A DNA stretch of 64,000 nucleotides from an uncultured Gemmatimonadales bacterium. GTDB taxonomy: Bacteria; Gemmatimonadota; Gemmatimonadetes; Longimicrobiales; RSA9. The DNA lies in NCBI GenBank assembly GCA_963741945.1, contig CAVUKA010000006.1, positions 224,001-288,000 on the forward strand, in the 5' to 3' direction. Positions 35,795-45,355 of the stretch are shown in pieces. The notes below the pieces were generated by a model. The model saw only the letters and a list, made by a program, of their open reading frames with translations. It did not search any database and had not been told where the DNA came from. Within the stretch, counting starts at the first letter, position 1. Every line of letters begins with the position of its first letter. The position numbers and the translations under genes were made by a program.

Positions 35795-36268
35795 TCACCC
35801 GCCCGATGAGCGCGCCTGCTGCCGCCAGCGCAGCACCACGATCGTCAACAGGAACACGCGCGTGGAGGGCGCCAGCTCGTCCATCCCTTCCAGCACCGCG
35901 CTCCGGCTGAGAAGACGCGCCGGCCGGATCTCGCCGATCCGCCGGTCCCCGTGCTGAACCACGAACCGCCGCCCGGGGAAACGCGCCCGCAGCGCCAGCC
36001 CCCGGTTGTCCGCCCGGACCTGGAAGCCCGCCGGCAGCCGCGACGACTGCTCCGCCCGCGCCACCTCCCGCGCCTCCCGCCCCTGCCGCTCCAGCACGTA
36101 CACCGGCCGCAGCACGCCTTCCCGATGAACCTCGTACCACTCGCCATCGAGCTCGAACGCGGCACCCGACCGGATCCGCGTCAGCTCCAGACGCGTGAGC
36201 ACACGGCCATCCAGCGAAATCTCGTAGACACTCGCAAAGAGACCTTCCCGCTCCGCCCGCATCGTCAT
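35795..36268 (-). CDS. Hypothetical protein (beta-rich with C-terminal helix, tubby/LURP-one-like)
   Basis: 157-aa ORF with GAGAGG SD; repeated beta-hairpins (EGLF..YEI, EGVL..YVL) and hydrophobic C-terminal helix. Confidence 0.65.
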   Translation of the reverse strand: MTMRAEREGLFASVYEISLDGRVLTRLELTRIRSGAAFELDGEWYEVHREGVLRPVYVLERQGREAREVARAEQSSRLPAGFQVRADNRGLALRARFPGRRFVVQHGDRRIGEIRPARLLSRSAVLEGMDELAPSTRVFLLTIVVLRWRQQARSSGG

Positions 36269-36424
36269 TCGGAATCCTCTCTCCGGCCCGAGAGTCCGCG
36301 GCCCCCCGACAAGCCAAGCCGGCGTCGTATAGGGTGGGCTCGCCCTCGTGGATCAATGGATCGATCCGTGGCCTCGCCGGGTCAAGCTTCCTTCTCTCCC
36401 GGCCCCGTCCATGCCCCCCTCCTC

Positions 36425-36472
36425 TTGACAGCTACAGAACAACCCCCGACACTCTTGTAGACGGCTACAAGA
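36425..36472 (+). promoter_or_regulatory. Promoter and palindromic PadR-type operator
   Basis: TTGACA(36425)-N17-GACACT(36448); perfect inverted repeat TCTTGTAG-ACGG-CTACAAGA at 36453-36472. Confidence 0.75.
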
Positions 36473-36487
36473 ACACGGAGACGGGAC

Positions 36488-36823
36488 ATGGCCGCACGTT
36501 CGCAGTCGGACGCCCTGCGGGGCTCGCTCGACCTCCTGGTGCTGAAGACGCTCTCGCTGGAGCCGATGCACGGGTGGGGGATCAGCCAGCGTGTGCAGCA
36601 GATCTCGGAGGGAGTGCTGGAAGTGAACCAGGGCTCGCTGTACCCGGCGCTGCAGCGGCTGGAGAAGGAGGGTCTGATCACGAGCGACTGGGGGCGGACG
36701 GAGAACAACCGTCGGGCCCGGTATTACGCGCTGACGGGAGCGGGGCGCGGGGCGCTGGGGGAAGAGGTCCGGAACTGGCGCAGGTTCGCGGCGGGTCTCG
36801 AAGCCGTGTTGAGCACCGGTTGA
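36488..36823 (+). CDS. PadR family transcriptional regulator
   Basis: GSLDLLVLKTL, HGWGI, GSLYPALQRLE, ENNRRARYY.LT..G. Confidence 0.95.
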   Translation: MAARSQSDALRGSLDLLVLKTLSLEPMHGWGISQRVQQISEGVLEVNQGSLYPALQRLEKEGLITSDWGRTENNRRARYYALTGAGRGALGEEVRNWRRFAAGLEAVLSTG

Positions 36824-39450
36824 TGGGGTGGGTGAGCGGGCTTCGGGCGCGTCTGCGTCTCCTGAAGGGTGGGGAGGCGGAGACGCGGATGCGCGAGGAG
36901 ATCGCGTTCCACGTGGACATGGAAGCGGAGCGGCTGGAGCGGGAGGAAGGTCTGGCTCCGGCGGAGGCTCGGCGCCGTTCGCTCGTGGCGTTCGGGGGCG
37001 TGGAGCGGACGAAGGAAGAGCTGCGGGCGGGGCGCGGTCTCGCGTGGCTGTCGGGGCTCCGGCTCGACCTGAAGCTGGGCGCGCGGATGCTGTCGAAGTA
37101 CCCGTTCCTGACGGGTACGAGCGTGCTGGCGCTGGCGCTGGCCGTGGCGCTGGCGGTGAGCTGGTTCGAGTTCATGTCGAACATGAGCCACCCGCGGCTG
37201 CCGCTTCCGGACGCCGATCGGATCGTGCTGGTCCGTTTGCAGGACGAGGAGAGCGGCGGGCAGGAGCGGCGGGCGCTGTTCGATTTCGAGCTGTGGCGGG
37301 ACGGGCTGGGCACGGTCACGGACCTCGGCGCGGCCACGACGGTGGAAGTGGTGGTTCGCACCGGGGATGGGCGGTACGCCACGCTGGAAGGGGCGCGGGT
37401 CACTCCGTCCATGTTCCCGTTCTCGCGGCTGCGGCCGGTGTACGGCCGGCCTCTCCGTCCGGACGACGCGGACCCGGGCTCGCCTCCGGTGGCGGTGCTG
37501 GCGTACTCCGCCTGGCGGCGGTTGTGGGACGGCGACCCGGGTGCGGTGGGGCGCACGGTGCGGGTGGGCTCCGAGACGGTGACGGTGGTGGGGGTCATGC
37601 CGGAGGGGTTCGAGTTCCCCACCTATCAGGAGATCTGGCTGCCACTCCGCGACCGCGGGGTGGACGTGGGGCCGCGGCAGGGCCCGCCGCTGACGCTGTT
37701 CGGGCGGCTGGTGCCGGGCGTGTCGCTGGGCGAGGCGAGGGCGGAGCTGGACGTGGTGGGGCGCCGGATCGCCAGCGCGTACCCGGCCACGCACGAGCAC
37801 CTTCGCCCGCAGCTTTACCGGCCGAGCATGTTCGGCGGCGCGGCGGCGTTCGCCGGGCTGCTCAACCTCCCCTTCCTCCTCTTCCTGATCGTGGTGAGCG
37901 CGAACGTGGCCACGCTCCTCTTCGCCCGCACGGCCACGCGGGAAGGCGAGATCGCGATGCGGACGGCGCTGGGCGCGAGCCGGCGGCGCATCGTGCTCCA
38001 GATGGCGGCCGAGGCGCTGGTGCTGACGCTCACCGCGGCGGTGCTGGGACTCCTTCTCGCCCGCTGGGCGTTCCCCCGCGCCCTTACGCTCTTCCTGGAG
38101 ATCCAGCAGACGCGTCGGCCATTCTGGTTCGATGACACCGTGTCGATCCGCGGCGCGATCTACGTCCTGGCGCTGGCCGTGGTGGCGGCGCTCGTCATCG
38201 GAGGGCTCCCGGCGCTCCGGGCGACGCGGGGCGAGCTGCGTCAACGGCTCACCAGCACGGGCACCGGGCTCTCCTCCATGCGATTCGGCGCCATTGCCAC
38301 GGCGGTGATCGTGGTGCAGGTGGCCATCACCGTGGCGTTCGTGCCGCTGGCGGTCGACCGGGCGCTGGAGGCGCTGCCGAACCTCGGTCCGGCGGACTTC
38401 CCCGCGGACCACTTCCTGTACGGCCGGCTGACGCGGGAGCACGCGGCGACGATGGGCGGTGGTGACGGGCTGGGCGGCGAAGGGGAAGGGACGGCGGCGT
38501 TCGACGAGGTCGAGCGGAGGCTGCGCGCCGAGCCGGGCGTCGTCGCCGCGACGCGCGCCAGCTGGCTCCCCGGCTTCAACCACCAGACCACGGCCCTGGA
38601 AGTGGAGGGAGACCCGGCGCTGATCCGTCGGCGGGTGCTGGACGTGGACCCGGACTTCTTCGACGTCATGGGCGCCCGGATCGTGGGCGGACGGGGCTTC
38701 CAGGAGAGCGACCGGCTCGGCGATGCCGCGGTGGCCATCGTGGACCGCGAGTCCATCGACGCGCTGTTCGCCGGCAGGAACCCCATTGGCCGCAGGATCC
38801 GCTTCATCAGGGACCCGGGGGCCGACTCCGCCGGGCCCTGGCAGCGGGTCGTGGGCGTGGTCGATGGGATGGAGCCGGCCATCGGTCCGGGACAGCCCGT
38901 CGGCGTATACCGTCCCCTCCGTCCCGAGCGCCACGCGTCGCTCCACTTCTTCATCCGGACGCTCGGGCGCCCGGACGCTCTCGTGCCCCGGGTGCACGAC
39001 CTGGTGGCGGCCGTGGATCCCGACCTCGGGATGGCGCAGCTCGAGCCGCTGGATGCAGTCTGGCGACCCGTCCAGCGCGGCGACGCCTTCCTCCTCACCG
39101 CCCTCGGCGCCGTCGCCGCCGTCATCGTCTTCTTCGCGCTCATGGGGATTTACGCCCTCACCGCGTTCACCGTCGAACGACGCGCGCGGGAGATCGGCAT
39201 CCGGCAGGCGCTCGGCGCCAGCCCCGTTCGCCTCCTGGCGGCGGTGTTCTCCCGGGCGATCCTGCAGATCGGGATCGGCGTCGCGCTCGGCGCCGTGCTG
39301 GTCGGCGTCGCCCTCGCCGATCAGCCCCGCGGCCTCCTCCTCGTGGCCGGGGTCTCGCTCTCCATGCTCCTCGCGGGCGCGCTCGGGGCGAGCATCCCGG
39401 CGCTCCGGGCCCTCCGGATCCAGCCCACCGACGCGCTCCGGGCGGAGTAG
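36823..39450 (+). CDS. Duplicated MacB/FtsX-type ABC permease (ADOP-like)
   Basis: TGATG coupling to PadR; EEIAFH prefix, VVGVMP, ANVATL..AR..R..E..R.ALGASR, second REIGIRQALGA, ends P.DALRAE. Confidence 0.92.
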   Translation: MGWVSGLRARLRLLKGGEAETRMREEIAFHVDMEAERLEREEGLAPAEARRRSLVAFGGVERTKEELRAGRGLAWLSGLRLDLKLGARMLSKYPFLTGTSVLALALAVALAVSWFEFMSNMSHPRLPLPDADRIVLVRLQDEESGGQERRALFDFELWRDGLGTVTDLGAATTVEVVVRTGDGRYATLEGARVTPSMFPFSRLRPVYGRPLRPDDADPGSPPVAVLAYSAWRRLWDGDPGAVGRTVRVGSETVTVVGVMPEGFEFPTYQEIWLPLRDRGVDVGPRQGPPLTLFGRLVPGVSLGEARAELDVVGRRIASAYPATHEHLRPQLYRPSMFGGAAAFAGLLNLPFLLFLIVVSANVATLLFARTATREGEIAMRTALGASRRRIVLQMAAEALVLTLTAAVLGLLLARWAFPRALTLFLEIQQTRRPFWFDDTVSIRGAIYVLALAVVAALVIGGLPALRATRGELRQRLTSTGTGLSSMRFGAIATAVIVVQVAITVAFVPLAVDRALEALPNLGPADFPADHFLYGRLTREHAATMGGGDGLGGEGEGTAAFDEVERRLRAEPGVVAATRASWLPGFNHQTTALEVEGDPALIRRRVLDVDPDFFDVMGARIVGGRGFQESDRLGDAAVAIVDRESIDALFAGRNPIGRRIRFIRDPGADSAGPWQRVVGVVDGMEPAIGPGQPVGVYRPLRPERHASLHFFIRTLGRPDALVPRVHDLVAAVDPDLGMAQLEPLDAVWRPVQRGDAFLLTALGAVAAVIVFFALMGIYALTAFTVERRAREIGIRQALGASPVRLLAAVFSRAILQIGIGVALGAVLVGVALADQPRGLLLVAGVSLSMLLAGALGASIPALRALRIQPTDALRAE

Positions 39451-39466
39451 GAGCCGCCGTGAGCCG

Positions 39467-40921
39467 TCAGTGCATCCGCTCCGCCCGCGCCGCGCCGGCC
39501 CGGATCGCCGTGACGGCGCCGTCCGCGTCGCGCTCGAACGTCAGTGTGATCCCGCGCCCGAGGTACATGAACGCGTCGGCCCCCGTGGGCACGAGCTCCA
39601 GCGGCGTGCCGCCATCCTCGGACAGCATGAGGCGCTCGCCTTGCACCGTGACCTCCAGCCTGGTCCCGCCGACGGCATACGTCCCGGTATAGTCGGCCAG
39701 TGCGGCGGGATCCACGGGTGCGGGCGTGATCTCGCGCGGCGCCAGCCCCGGCCATCCGTATACGCGGGCCACGGCCAGGATGACTTCCTGCGCCAGCGGA
39801 GAGCCGGTGTCGCTGTTCGTCATCACCACCACGCCCTCGCCGCTCCCGGCATAGCCCACGAACTGGCTGCGAAAGCCCTCATTGGCGCCGCCGTGGGAGA
39901 AGCGGAGCGAGTCGGCTGAGCCGGCGATCCCCAGCCCGAGCCCGTACTCGCCCAGCACGGGCGTTAGCATGGTCGCGGCCATGTCCTGCGAGATCACGGT
40001 TTCCGCCCCTCCCGCGTACGCGCGCTGGACGCCCATGACGTAGCGGGCGTAGTCGGACGGCGTGGTCCACAGCCCCGCGGCGGCCATCTCGGGATACGTG
40101 TGGTAGAGCCCCTCCACCGGCTCGCCACCCTGCCGATACCCGGTGGCCGCGCGCTCCCGCATGGCCGCGGGAAGCGGCTGACGGTACATGCTCTCCCGCA
40201 TCCCCAGCGGGTCCAGGACCCGATCCCGCATCAGGTCGGGGAACGGCCGCCCGGCCCGCTCCGCCATGAGCAGCTGGGCGACGGTGTAGCCGCCGCCCGA
40301 GTACCGGTAGATCGAGCCCGGCACCGTGTCGACGACGATGGGCGCCGTATTGCCCGCGCCCTCCAGCACCTGGACGGTGGTGGGCACGGCCTCCCCCGCC
40401 GCGTACCCGGGGAAGCCGTGCACGGTGGTGCCCGCCGTGTGCGACAGCAGCGCTCGCAGCGTCACCGGGCGCGCCGCCGTGAACCCGTTATCCGGCACTT
40501 TCCAACCCGCGAGCGCATCGTTGACATCGGCGTCGAGGGACAGCAGCCCATCCTCCACCATCGTCAGCGCCCCGAGCGCCGCCACCGACTTGCTCATGGA
40601 AGCGGCCTGGAAGAGCGTCGCCGACGTGGCCTCCCGCTTGGAGGCCACGTCCGCCCACCCCCACGCGTGCGCCCAGTCGATGCGCCCGTCGTGCACCACC
40701 ACCACGCTCACGGCGGGCACGTCGTAGGCTCCCATCCGCTGCGCGATCGTCCACCGCTCCGGCGTCCGGCCGACGACGTGGATCGCGCGCTCCAGCCCGC
40801 TGGCCACCGCCGCCATCCGTGCGTCCGGCGTGGCTGGTGTGCTCGGGAGCTGGGCGAGGGCGGGGGCGGCGCCCCCGAACAGGAAAAGAAGCGGCAGCAG
40901 TGTGCGACGCAGTGGGCTCAT
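39467..40921 (-). CDS. Secreted serine hydrolase, beta-lactamase class C-like, with C-terminal accessory domain
   Basis: SxxK (ASMSK), LLSHTAG, YSGGGY, AAAGLW, HGG; signal peptide ending ALA-Q. Confidence 0.9.
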   Translation of the reverse strand: MSPLRRTLLPLLFLFGGAAPALAQLPSTPATPDARMAAVASGLERAIHVVGRTPERWTIAQRMGAYDVPAVSVVVVHDGRIDWAHAWGWADVASKREATSATLFQAASMSKSVAALGALTMVEDGLLSLDADVNDALAGWKVPDNGFTAARPVTLRALLSHTAGTTVHGFPGYAAGEAVPTTVQVLEGAGNTAPIVVDTVPGSIYRYSGGGYTVAQLLMAERAGRPFPDLMRDRVLDPLGMRESMYRQPLPAAMRERAATGYRQGGEPVEGLYHTYPEMAAAGLWTTPSDYARYVMGVQRAYAGGAETVISQDMAATMLTPVLGEYGLGLGIAGSADSLRFSHGGANEGFRSQFVGYAGSGEGVVVMTNSDTGSPLAQEVILAVARVYGWPGLAPREITPAPVDPAALADYTGTYAVGGTRLEVTVQGERLMLSEDGGTPLELVPTGADAFMYLGRGITLTFERDADGAVTAIRAGAARAERMH

Positions 40922-41032
40922 CAGTCGCTCCGCGGTCGAGTCAGGGTGCACGCGGCCCGGCGGCCACAAGCAAATCACGCCGTCACCGTCAAGCCGGCCG
41001 GGGAGGTCCGGGCCGAAGCCCGGAACCCGTGC

Positions 41033-41212
41033 TCAGCTGGCTGGCCGGTGCATCCGCTTCCGCACTGGATCGAAGTGGATGCCGCGCATCCGCTTCACAC
41101 CGTCCTCCGTCTCCTTGTAAACCGTCTTGTGGTCCCTGGCGGACGTTTCCTTGTCCGACCAGAAGTAAGGCGACGGCGAGCCATCCGGCTTGGTGATGCT
41201 GACCTTGGCCAT
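41033..41212 (-). CDS. Small basic hypothetical protein (59 aa)
   Basis: GGAG SD 7 nt before ATG 41212; high GC3 codons; MAKVSITKPDGSPSPYFWSDKE...GIHFDP. Confidence 0.65.
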   Translation of the reverse strand: MAKVSITKPDGSPSPYFWSDKETSARDHKTVYKETEDGVKRMRGIHFDPVRKRMHRPAS

Positions 41213-41398
41213 GGGACTACTCCAGTGCTGCGGGGGAGAAGACTCGAACCGTGTGAGGCGTTCGAGGTGGTGAGATGATTGGTACACTCCGCAAGGACAA
41301 TCGGTCCTCGATGGGCGGCAAAACGGCCGGCCCGGTGCAATACCGGGGCGGCCGTTGCTGCCGTTGGGCTGGCGAGCCCACGCGACATCGACGCGAGG

Positions 41399-41605
41399 TC
41401 AGATCGCGCTGACGTTCTCCGCAGCCGGCCCTTTCTGGCCCTGCACGAGGTCAAACTCAACCATCTGGCCCTCGGCCAGGCTCTTGAAGCCCTCGCCCTG
41501 GATGGCACTGTGGTGGACGAAGCAGTCCTTCGTGCCGTCCTCCGGCGTGATGAAGCCAAAGCCCTTCTCGTTGTTGAACCACTTCACGGTTCCCTTGGTG
41601 CGCAT
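41399..41605 (-). CDS. Cold-shock protein (CspA family)
   Basis: [15 protein letters not shown] (RNP1), FVHHSAI (RNP2), GFKSL.EGQ, KGP.AENV. Confidence 0.97.
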   Translation of the reverse strand: MRTKGTVKWFNNEKGFGFITPEDGTKDCFVHHSAIQGEGFKSLAEGQMVEFDLVQGQKGPAAENVSAI

Positions 41606-41690
41606 GCTACCGTACTCCCCTGGGTCGTTGGGTGCTGTCGGGGTGCGGTATCTCCGTACCTCTCGAACTCACCGCTTCATGGCGGCAACG

Positions 41691-41716
41691 AAAAAACCCG
41701 GGCGTAGCGCCCGGGT
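41691..41716 (-). terminator. Intrinsic-terminator-shaped hairpin in csp 5' leader
   Basis: Minus strand ACCCGGGCG-CTA-CGCCCGGGT-TTTTT (six T in total). Confidence 0.65.
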
Positions 41717-41765
41717 CTTCTCAAGCTGCTGGCTCCGACACGCGCCGGAGTAATCGCCAACGGTG

Positions 41766-41794
41766 AGTATTGCGCGATCACGGCGCCGTGTCAA
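41766..41794 (-). promoter_or_regulatory. Sigma70-like promoter of csp
   Basis: Minus strand TTGACA-N17-AATACT. Confidence 0.7.
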
Positions 41795-41924
41795 TGCCTG
41801 CGTCACGGGCCCACGGCGAGCCCGGGGCACATCGTGACCCACCCCGCCGGAGCAGAAGGATCCGGCAGGGCGACATCCCGGTCAGGCTGGCGGCGCGAGG
41901 GGCGGGCGCCCCTTATCTTCCGGC

Positions 41925-42377
41925 ATGAAGATCTGGATCGACGCCGATGCCGCCCCGAACGCGGTGAAGGAGATCGTGTTCCGAGCGGCGGCGCGGCTGG
42001 AGCTCGAGACGGCGCTGGTGGCCAACCGGCGGCTCTCCACGCCGGCCAACAATCCCCTCGTCACGTCGGTGATCGTGCCGGGCGGCCCGGACGTGGCCGA
42101 CCGGCACATCATCGAACACGCCGGTGAGGGCGACCTCGCGATCACCGCCGACATCCCCCTGGCCGCCGCGCTGGTCGAAAGAGGCGTGCTGGTGCTGGAC
42201 CCGCGGGGCGAGCGGTACACGGAGGCGAACGTCCGCGAGCGCCTCTCCATCCGCGACTTCATGGACTCGCTCCGGAGCAGCGGCGTCGAGACGGGCGGAC
42301 CGAAGCCATACGGCAAGCAGGAAAAGCAGGACTTCGCCAACGCCCTGGACCGGCTGCTCACGAGGTACGGTGAGTGA
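41925..42377 (+). CDS. YaiI/YqxD family protein (DUF188)
   Basis: MKIWIDADA.P..VKE, GDL.ITADIPLA, PRGE.YT. Confidence 0.94.
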   Translation: MKIWIDADAAPNAVKEIVFRAAARLELETALVANRRLSTPANNPLVTSVIVPGGPDVADRHIIEHAGEGDLAITADIPLAAALVERGVLVLDPRGERYTEANVRERLSIRDFMDSLRSSGVETGGPKPYGKQEKQDFANALDRLLTRYGE

Positions 42378-42434
42378 AGGGTGGGGCGCGCCCGCAGCGT
42401 GCCCGGTTTCAGGGCGGCGACGGCAGGGGGAGGC

Positions 42435-43679
42435 ATGACGCAGGGACTGGTTCTCGTGGACCGCCCGTACGTGAGCGAGCACCTGCGGGCGCTGATCCGC
42501 GAGCGCGGTCTGCCGGTGGTGCTGACGCCGTCGGCGCGGGAGCTGGGCCTGGGCCCGGCTCCCGGGGGTGGTGGGGGTGCGGCGCTGGAGGGGGCGTCGG
42601 AGCGGCAGCCTTCCGGGTGCGGCGGGCTACTGACGGAGGCCGAGGCGGTCGCCGCGGCGCGATCGGCCGACCGGGTTCTGGTCTACACCAGCTCCGAGAA
42701 CGCGCTGCCATGGGTGACGCGGCACCTGCCGTTCACTCACCTGCCGGCGTTGGCGATGCGGCTGAAGAACAAGGCCCGGTTCCGGGAAGCGCTCCGGCCG
42801 CGCTTCCCCGACTTCTTCTTCCGCGAGGTGCCGGCGGATGCGCTGGCGGCCGTGGACGCCCGGGCGCTGCCGCTGCCGGTGGTCGTCAAGCCGACGGTGG
42901 GCTTCTTCAGCCTGGGGGTGCTGAAGGTGGCGGAGCCGGGGGAGTGGCTGGCGGCGCGCCGCACGCTCGAAGCCAAGATGGACGCGGCGCGGGGGCTGTA
43001 TCCGCGCGAAGTCCTGGACGCGGCATCCTTCCTGGTTGAGGAGTGGGTGGAGGGGGAGGAGTTCGCGGTGGATGCCTGGTTCGATGCCGCCGGCGAGCCG
43101 GTGATCCAGGGGATCTGGGCTCACACCTTCGCCTCGGAGGCGGACACGAGCGACCGGGTCTACAGCACGTCGGCGGCGATCGTGCGGGAGAACCTGGAGG
43201 AGTTCGCGGCGTTCCTGGATGAGCTGGGGCGGCTCACCGGTGCTCGCGATGCTCCCGTCCACCTCGAGCTGCGCCGGACGGGCGACGGCCGCCTGGTGCC
43301 CATCGAGCTCAACCCGCTCCGCTTCGGTGGCTGGTGCACGACGGCGGACCTGACGTGGCACGCCTGGGGCTTCAGCCCGTACCTGAGCTTCCTCGAGCAG
43401 CGACGACCCGACTGGCCCGCGCTGCTGCGCGACGCCGACGAGGCCATCTACAGCATCGTCGTGCTGGACAACAGCACGGGGATCGATGGCCGTCGGATCG
43501 CGGCGTTCGATTACGACGCGCTGCTCGCGCGCTTCCACCAGCCGCTGGAGCTGCGGCGCGTCGACCACAGACGGCAGCCGCTTTTCGGCTTCCTGTTCCT
43601 GCGGACGCCGGCCGGGTCCCGGGACGAGCTTGAGTGGGTGCTGCGTTCCGACCTGCGGGAGTTCGTGCGGGAAGCGTGA
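42435..43679 (+). CDS. ATP-grasp domain protein
   Basis: GGAGG SD; KNKARFRE, LPVVVKP..GFFS.GV, VEEWVEGEEFAVD, HLELR, IELNPLRFGG. Confidence 0.88.
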   Translation: MTQGLVLVDRPYVSEHLRALIRERGLPVVLTPSARELGLGPAPGGGGGAALEGASERQPSGCGGLLTEAEAVAAARSADRVLVYTSSENALPWVTRHLPFTHLPALAMRLKNKARFREALRPRFPDFFFREVPADALAAVDARALPLPVVVKPTVGFFSLGVLKVAEPGEWLAARRTLEAKMDAARGLYPREVLDAASFLVEEWVEGEEFAVDAWFDAAGEPVIQGIWAHTFASEADTSDRVYSTSAAIVRENLEEFAAFLDELGRLTGARDAPVHLELRRTGDGRLVPIELNPLRFGGWCTTADLTWHAWGFSPYLSFLEQRRPDWPALLRDADEAIYSIVVLDNSTGIDGRRIAAFDYDALLARFHQPLELRRVDHRRQPLFGFLFLRTPAGSRDELEWVLRSDLREFVREA

Positions 43680-43749
43680 TCACGCACGTCCCCCACGGCG
43701 GCCTCCCCGGGCGGGGGACCCGCCGGGGAGGCGTTCCCGTGGACTCGCC

Positions 43750-45255
43750 TCAGGTCGTGACCTCCTTGGTGACGGCCTCCGCCGCCACCGCTTCCTCCCA
43801 CGGCCCTTCGCTCACGGCCGACAGCTTCTTCATCGTCGGGATCACCGCGGCGGCGATCAGCGTTCCGGCCACGGCCACGAGGCCCAGCTTTGTGAAGAGG
43901 TTCGTGTAGAGCGGCAGCGTGGCGACGGGGTCCGTCACGTTCTGGGGCACACTGGCGAACGTCGCCACGTAGCTCCCCACGTACTGCGAGATCCCGGTGG
44001 CGAGGAACCAGACGCCCATGATGAACCCGCGCAGCGACGGGCCGACATAGCGGGCGACGACCGCGAGTCCAAGACCGCTGATGAGGAGCTCACCGAGCGA
44101 CTGGAATCCGTAGCCGGTGATCATCCACCAGAACGAGACCTTGCCGTCCGTGGCGAAGTGTCCGCTGAACCCGTAGGTGAAGAAGCCGAGGCTCAGCACG
44201 GCGAAGCCCATGGCGAACTTCGTGGAGATGTGGAAATCTCCCCCCTCGCCCTTCCCGAGGTGCGTGTAGAGCCAGGCGAGCCCGGGGCTCAGGATGAAGA
44301 CCCAGATCGGGTTCAGTGCCTGGACCTGCCCCGCGGGCACGTGGTACCCGAACAGGCCGAGGTCGACATTGCGGAGCGAGAAGAGCGTGAGCGACGTCGA
44401 CATCTGCTGATAGAAGATGAAGAACAGCATGCCCAGCCCCGTGAGGATCAGCACGGCGATGAGCCCCTTCCGCTCCCGCTCGCTCCCCCGTCGCATCATG
44501 ATGCCGAAAATGGCGAGCATGGTGAAGAACCCGAGGATGACCGTGCCCTGCGCGACGGTGCGGTTCTGGACGATGAACGTCACGAGCACGATGCCGACGG
44601 CGATTCCGACGAGCACCTGAAGGAGCCGCTTCACGTCGAGGGGACGGAAATCGGGCTCGGAGCCCACGTGCCGGAGGTAGCGGCTCATGGCGAAGTAGTT
44701 GAGGAGACCGACCACGAGCCCGGCCGCGGAAACGGCGAAGGCGGCATGCCATCCGAACTTGATCGCGATGAGCGGCGTGGCGATCTGTGATGCGGTCGCA
44801 CCGATGTTGACCGCCATGTAGTACATGGTGAACGCGCTGTCGATCTTGGCGGAGTCTCCCTCGTAGAGCTTGGAGATCATGTTGGCGGGGTTCGCCTTGA
44901 ACACGCCTCCGCCGACCGCCACGAGCGCCAGGGCCGGGAAGAGGAGGGCGGGATGGTCCGGAATCGCGAGCCCGATGTAGCCGAGGGCGAGGATCAGCGC
45001 ACCGAGCACCATGGTGCGGCGGCTCCCGAGGAGCTTGTCGCCGATCCAGCCGCCGACCGCCGGAACGGTGTAGGCGAGCGCCGCGAACGCGCCGAACGTG
45101 AGGGTGGCGCGGTCGTCGGTATAGCCGAGCTTCTGCACCATGAACAGCACGACCACAGCGGTCATGCCGTAGTAGCCGAACCTCTCCCACAGCTCGATGA
45201 GGAAGAGGGTGGTGAACCCCTTGGTCCGCGACGGCGTCAGCGCCTGGGTCGTCAT
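43750..45255 (-). CDS. POT family proton-dependent oligopeptide transporter
   Basis: ELWERFGYYG signature, GGWIGD, FKAN, FTMYYMAVNIG, QALNP, LGEL.IS. Confidence 0.95.
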   Translation of the reverse strand: MTTQALTPSRTKGFTTLFLIELWERFGYYGMTAVVVLFMVQKLGYTDDRATLTFGAFAALAYTVPAVGGWIGDKLLGSRRTMVLGALILALGYIGLAIPDHPALLFPALALVAVGGGVFKANPANMISKLYEGDSAKIDSAFTMYYMAVNIGATASQIATPLIAIKFGWHAAFAVSAAGLVVGLLNYFAMSRYLRHVGSEPDFRPLDVKRLLQVLVGIAVGIVLVTFIVQNRTVAQGTVILGFFTMLAIFGIMMRRGSERERKGLIAVLILTGLGMLFFIFYQQMSTSLTLFSLRNVDLGLFGYHVPAGQVQALNPIWVFILSPGLAWLYTHLGKGEGGDFHISTKFAMGFAVLSLGFFTYGFSGHFATDGKVSFWWMITGYGFQSLGELLISGLGLAVVARYVGPSLRGFIMGVWFLATGISQYVGSYVATFASVPQNVTDPVATLPLYTNLFTKLGLVAVAGTLIAAAVIPTMKKLSAVSEGPWEEAVAAEAVTKEVTT

Positions 45256-45355
45256 CTTCGTTTTCCTGGATCCGTGAATCTCGGCGGGTCGCACACTATT
45301 ATCCCCTGCGCGACACCGCCGCGCCACTACCACACGCCAGACCGGGGAGTTCCCG

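Noticed and set aside
39467-40921. Antibiotic-resistance beta-lactamase call
   Set aside because: SxxK fold with YSG and HGG variants is typical of broad serine hydrolases/peptidases; resistance cannot be inferred.
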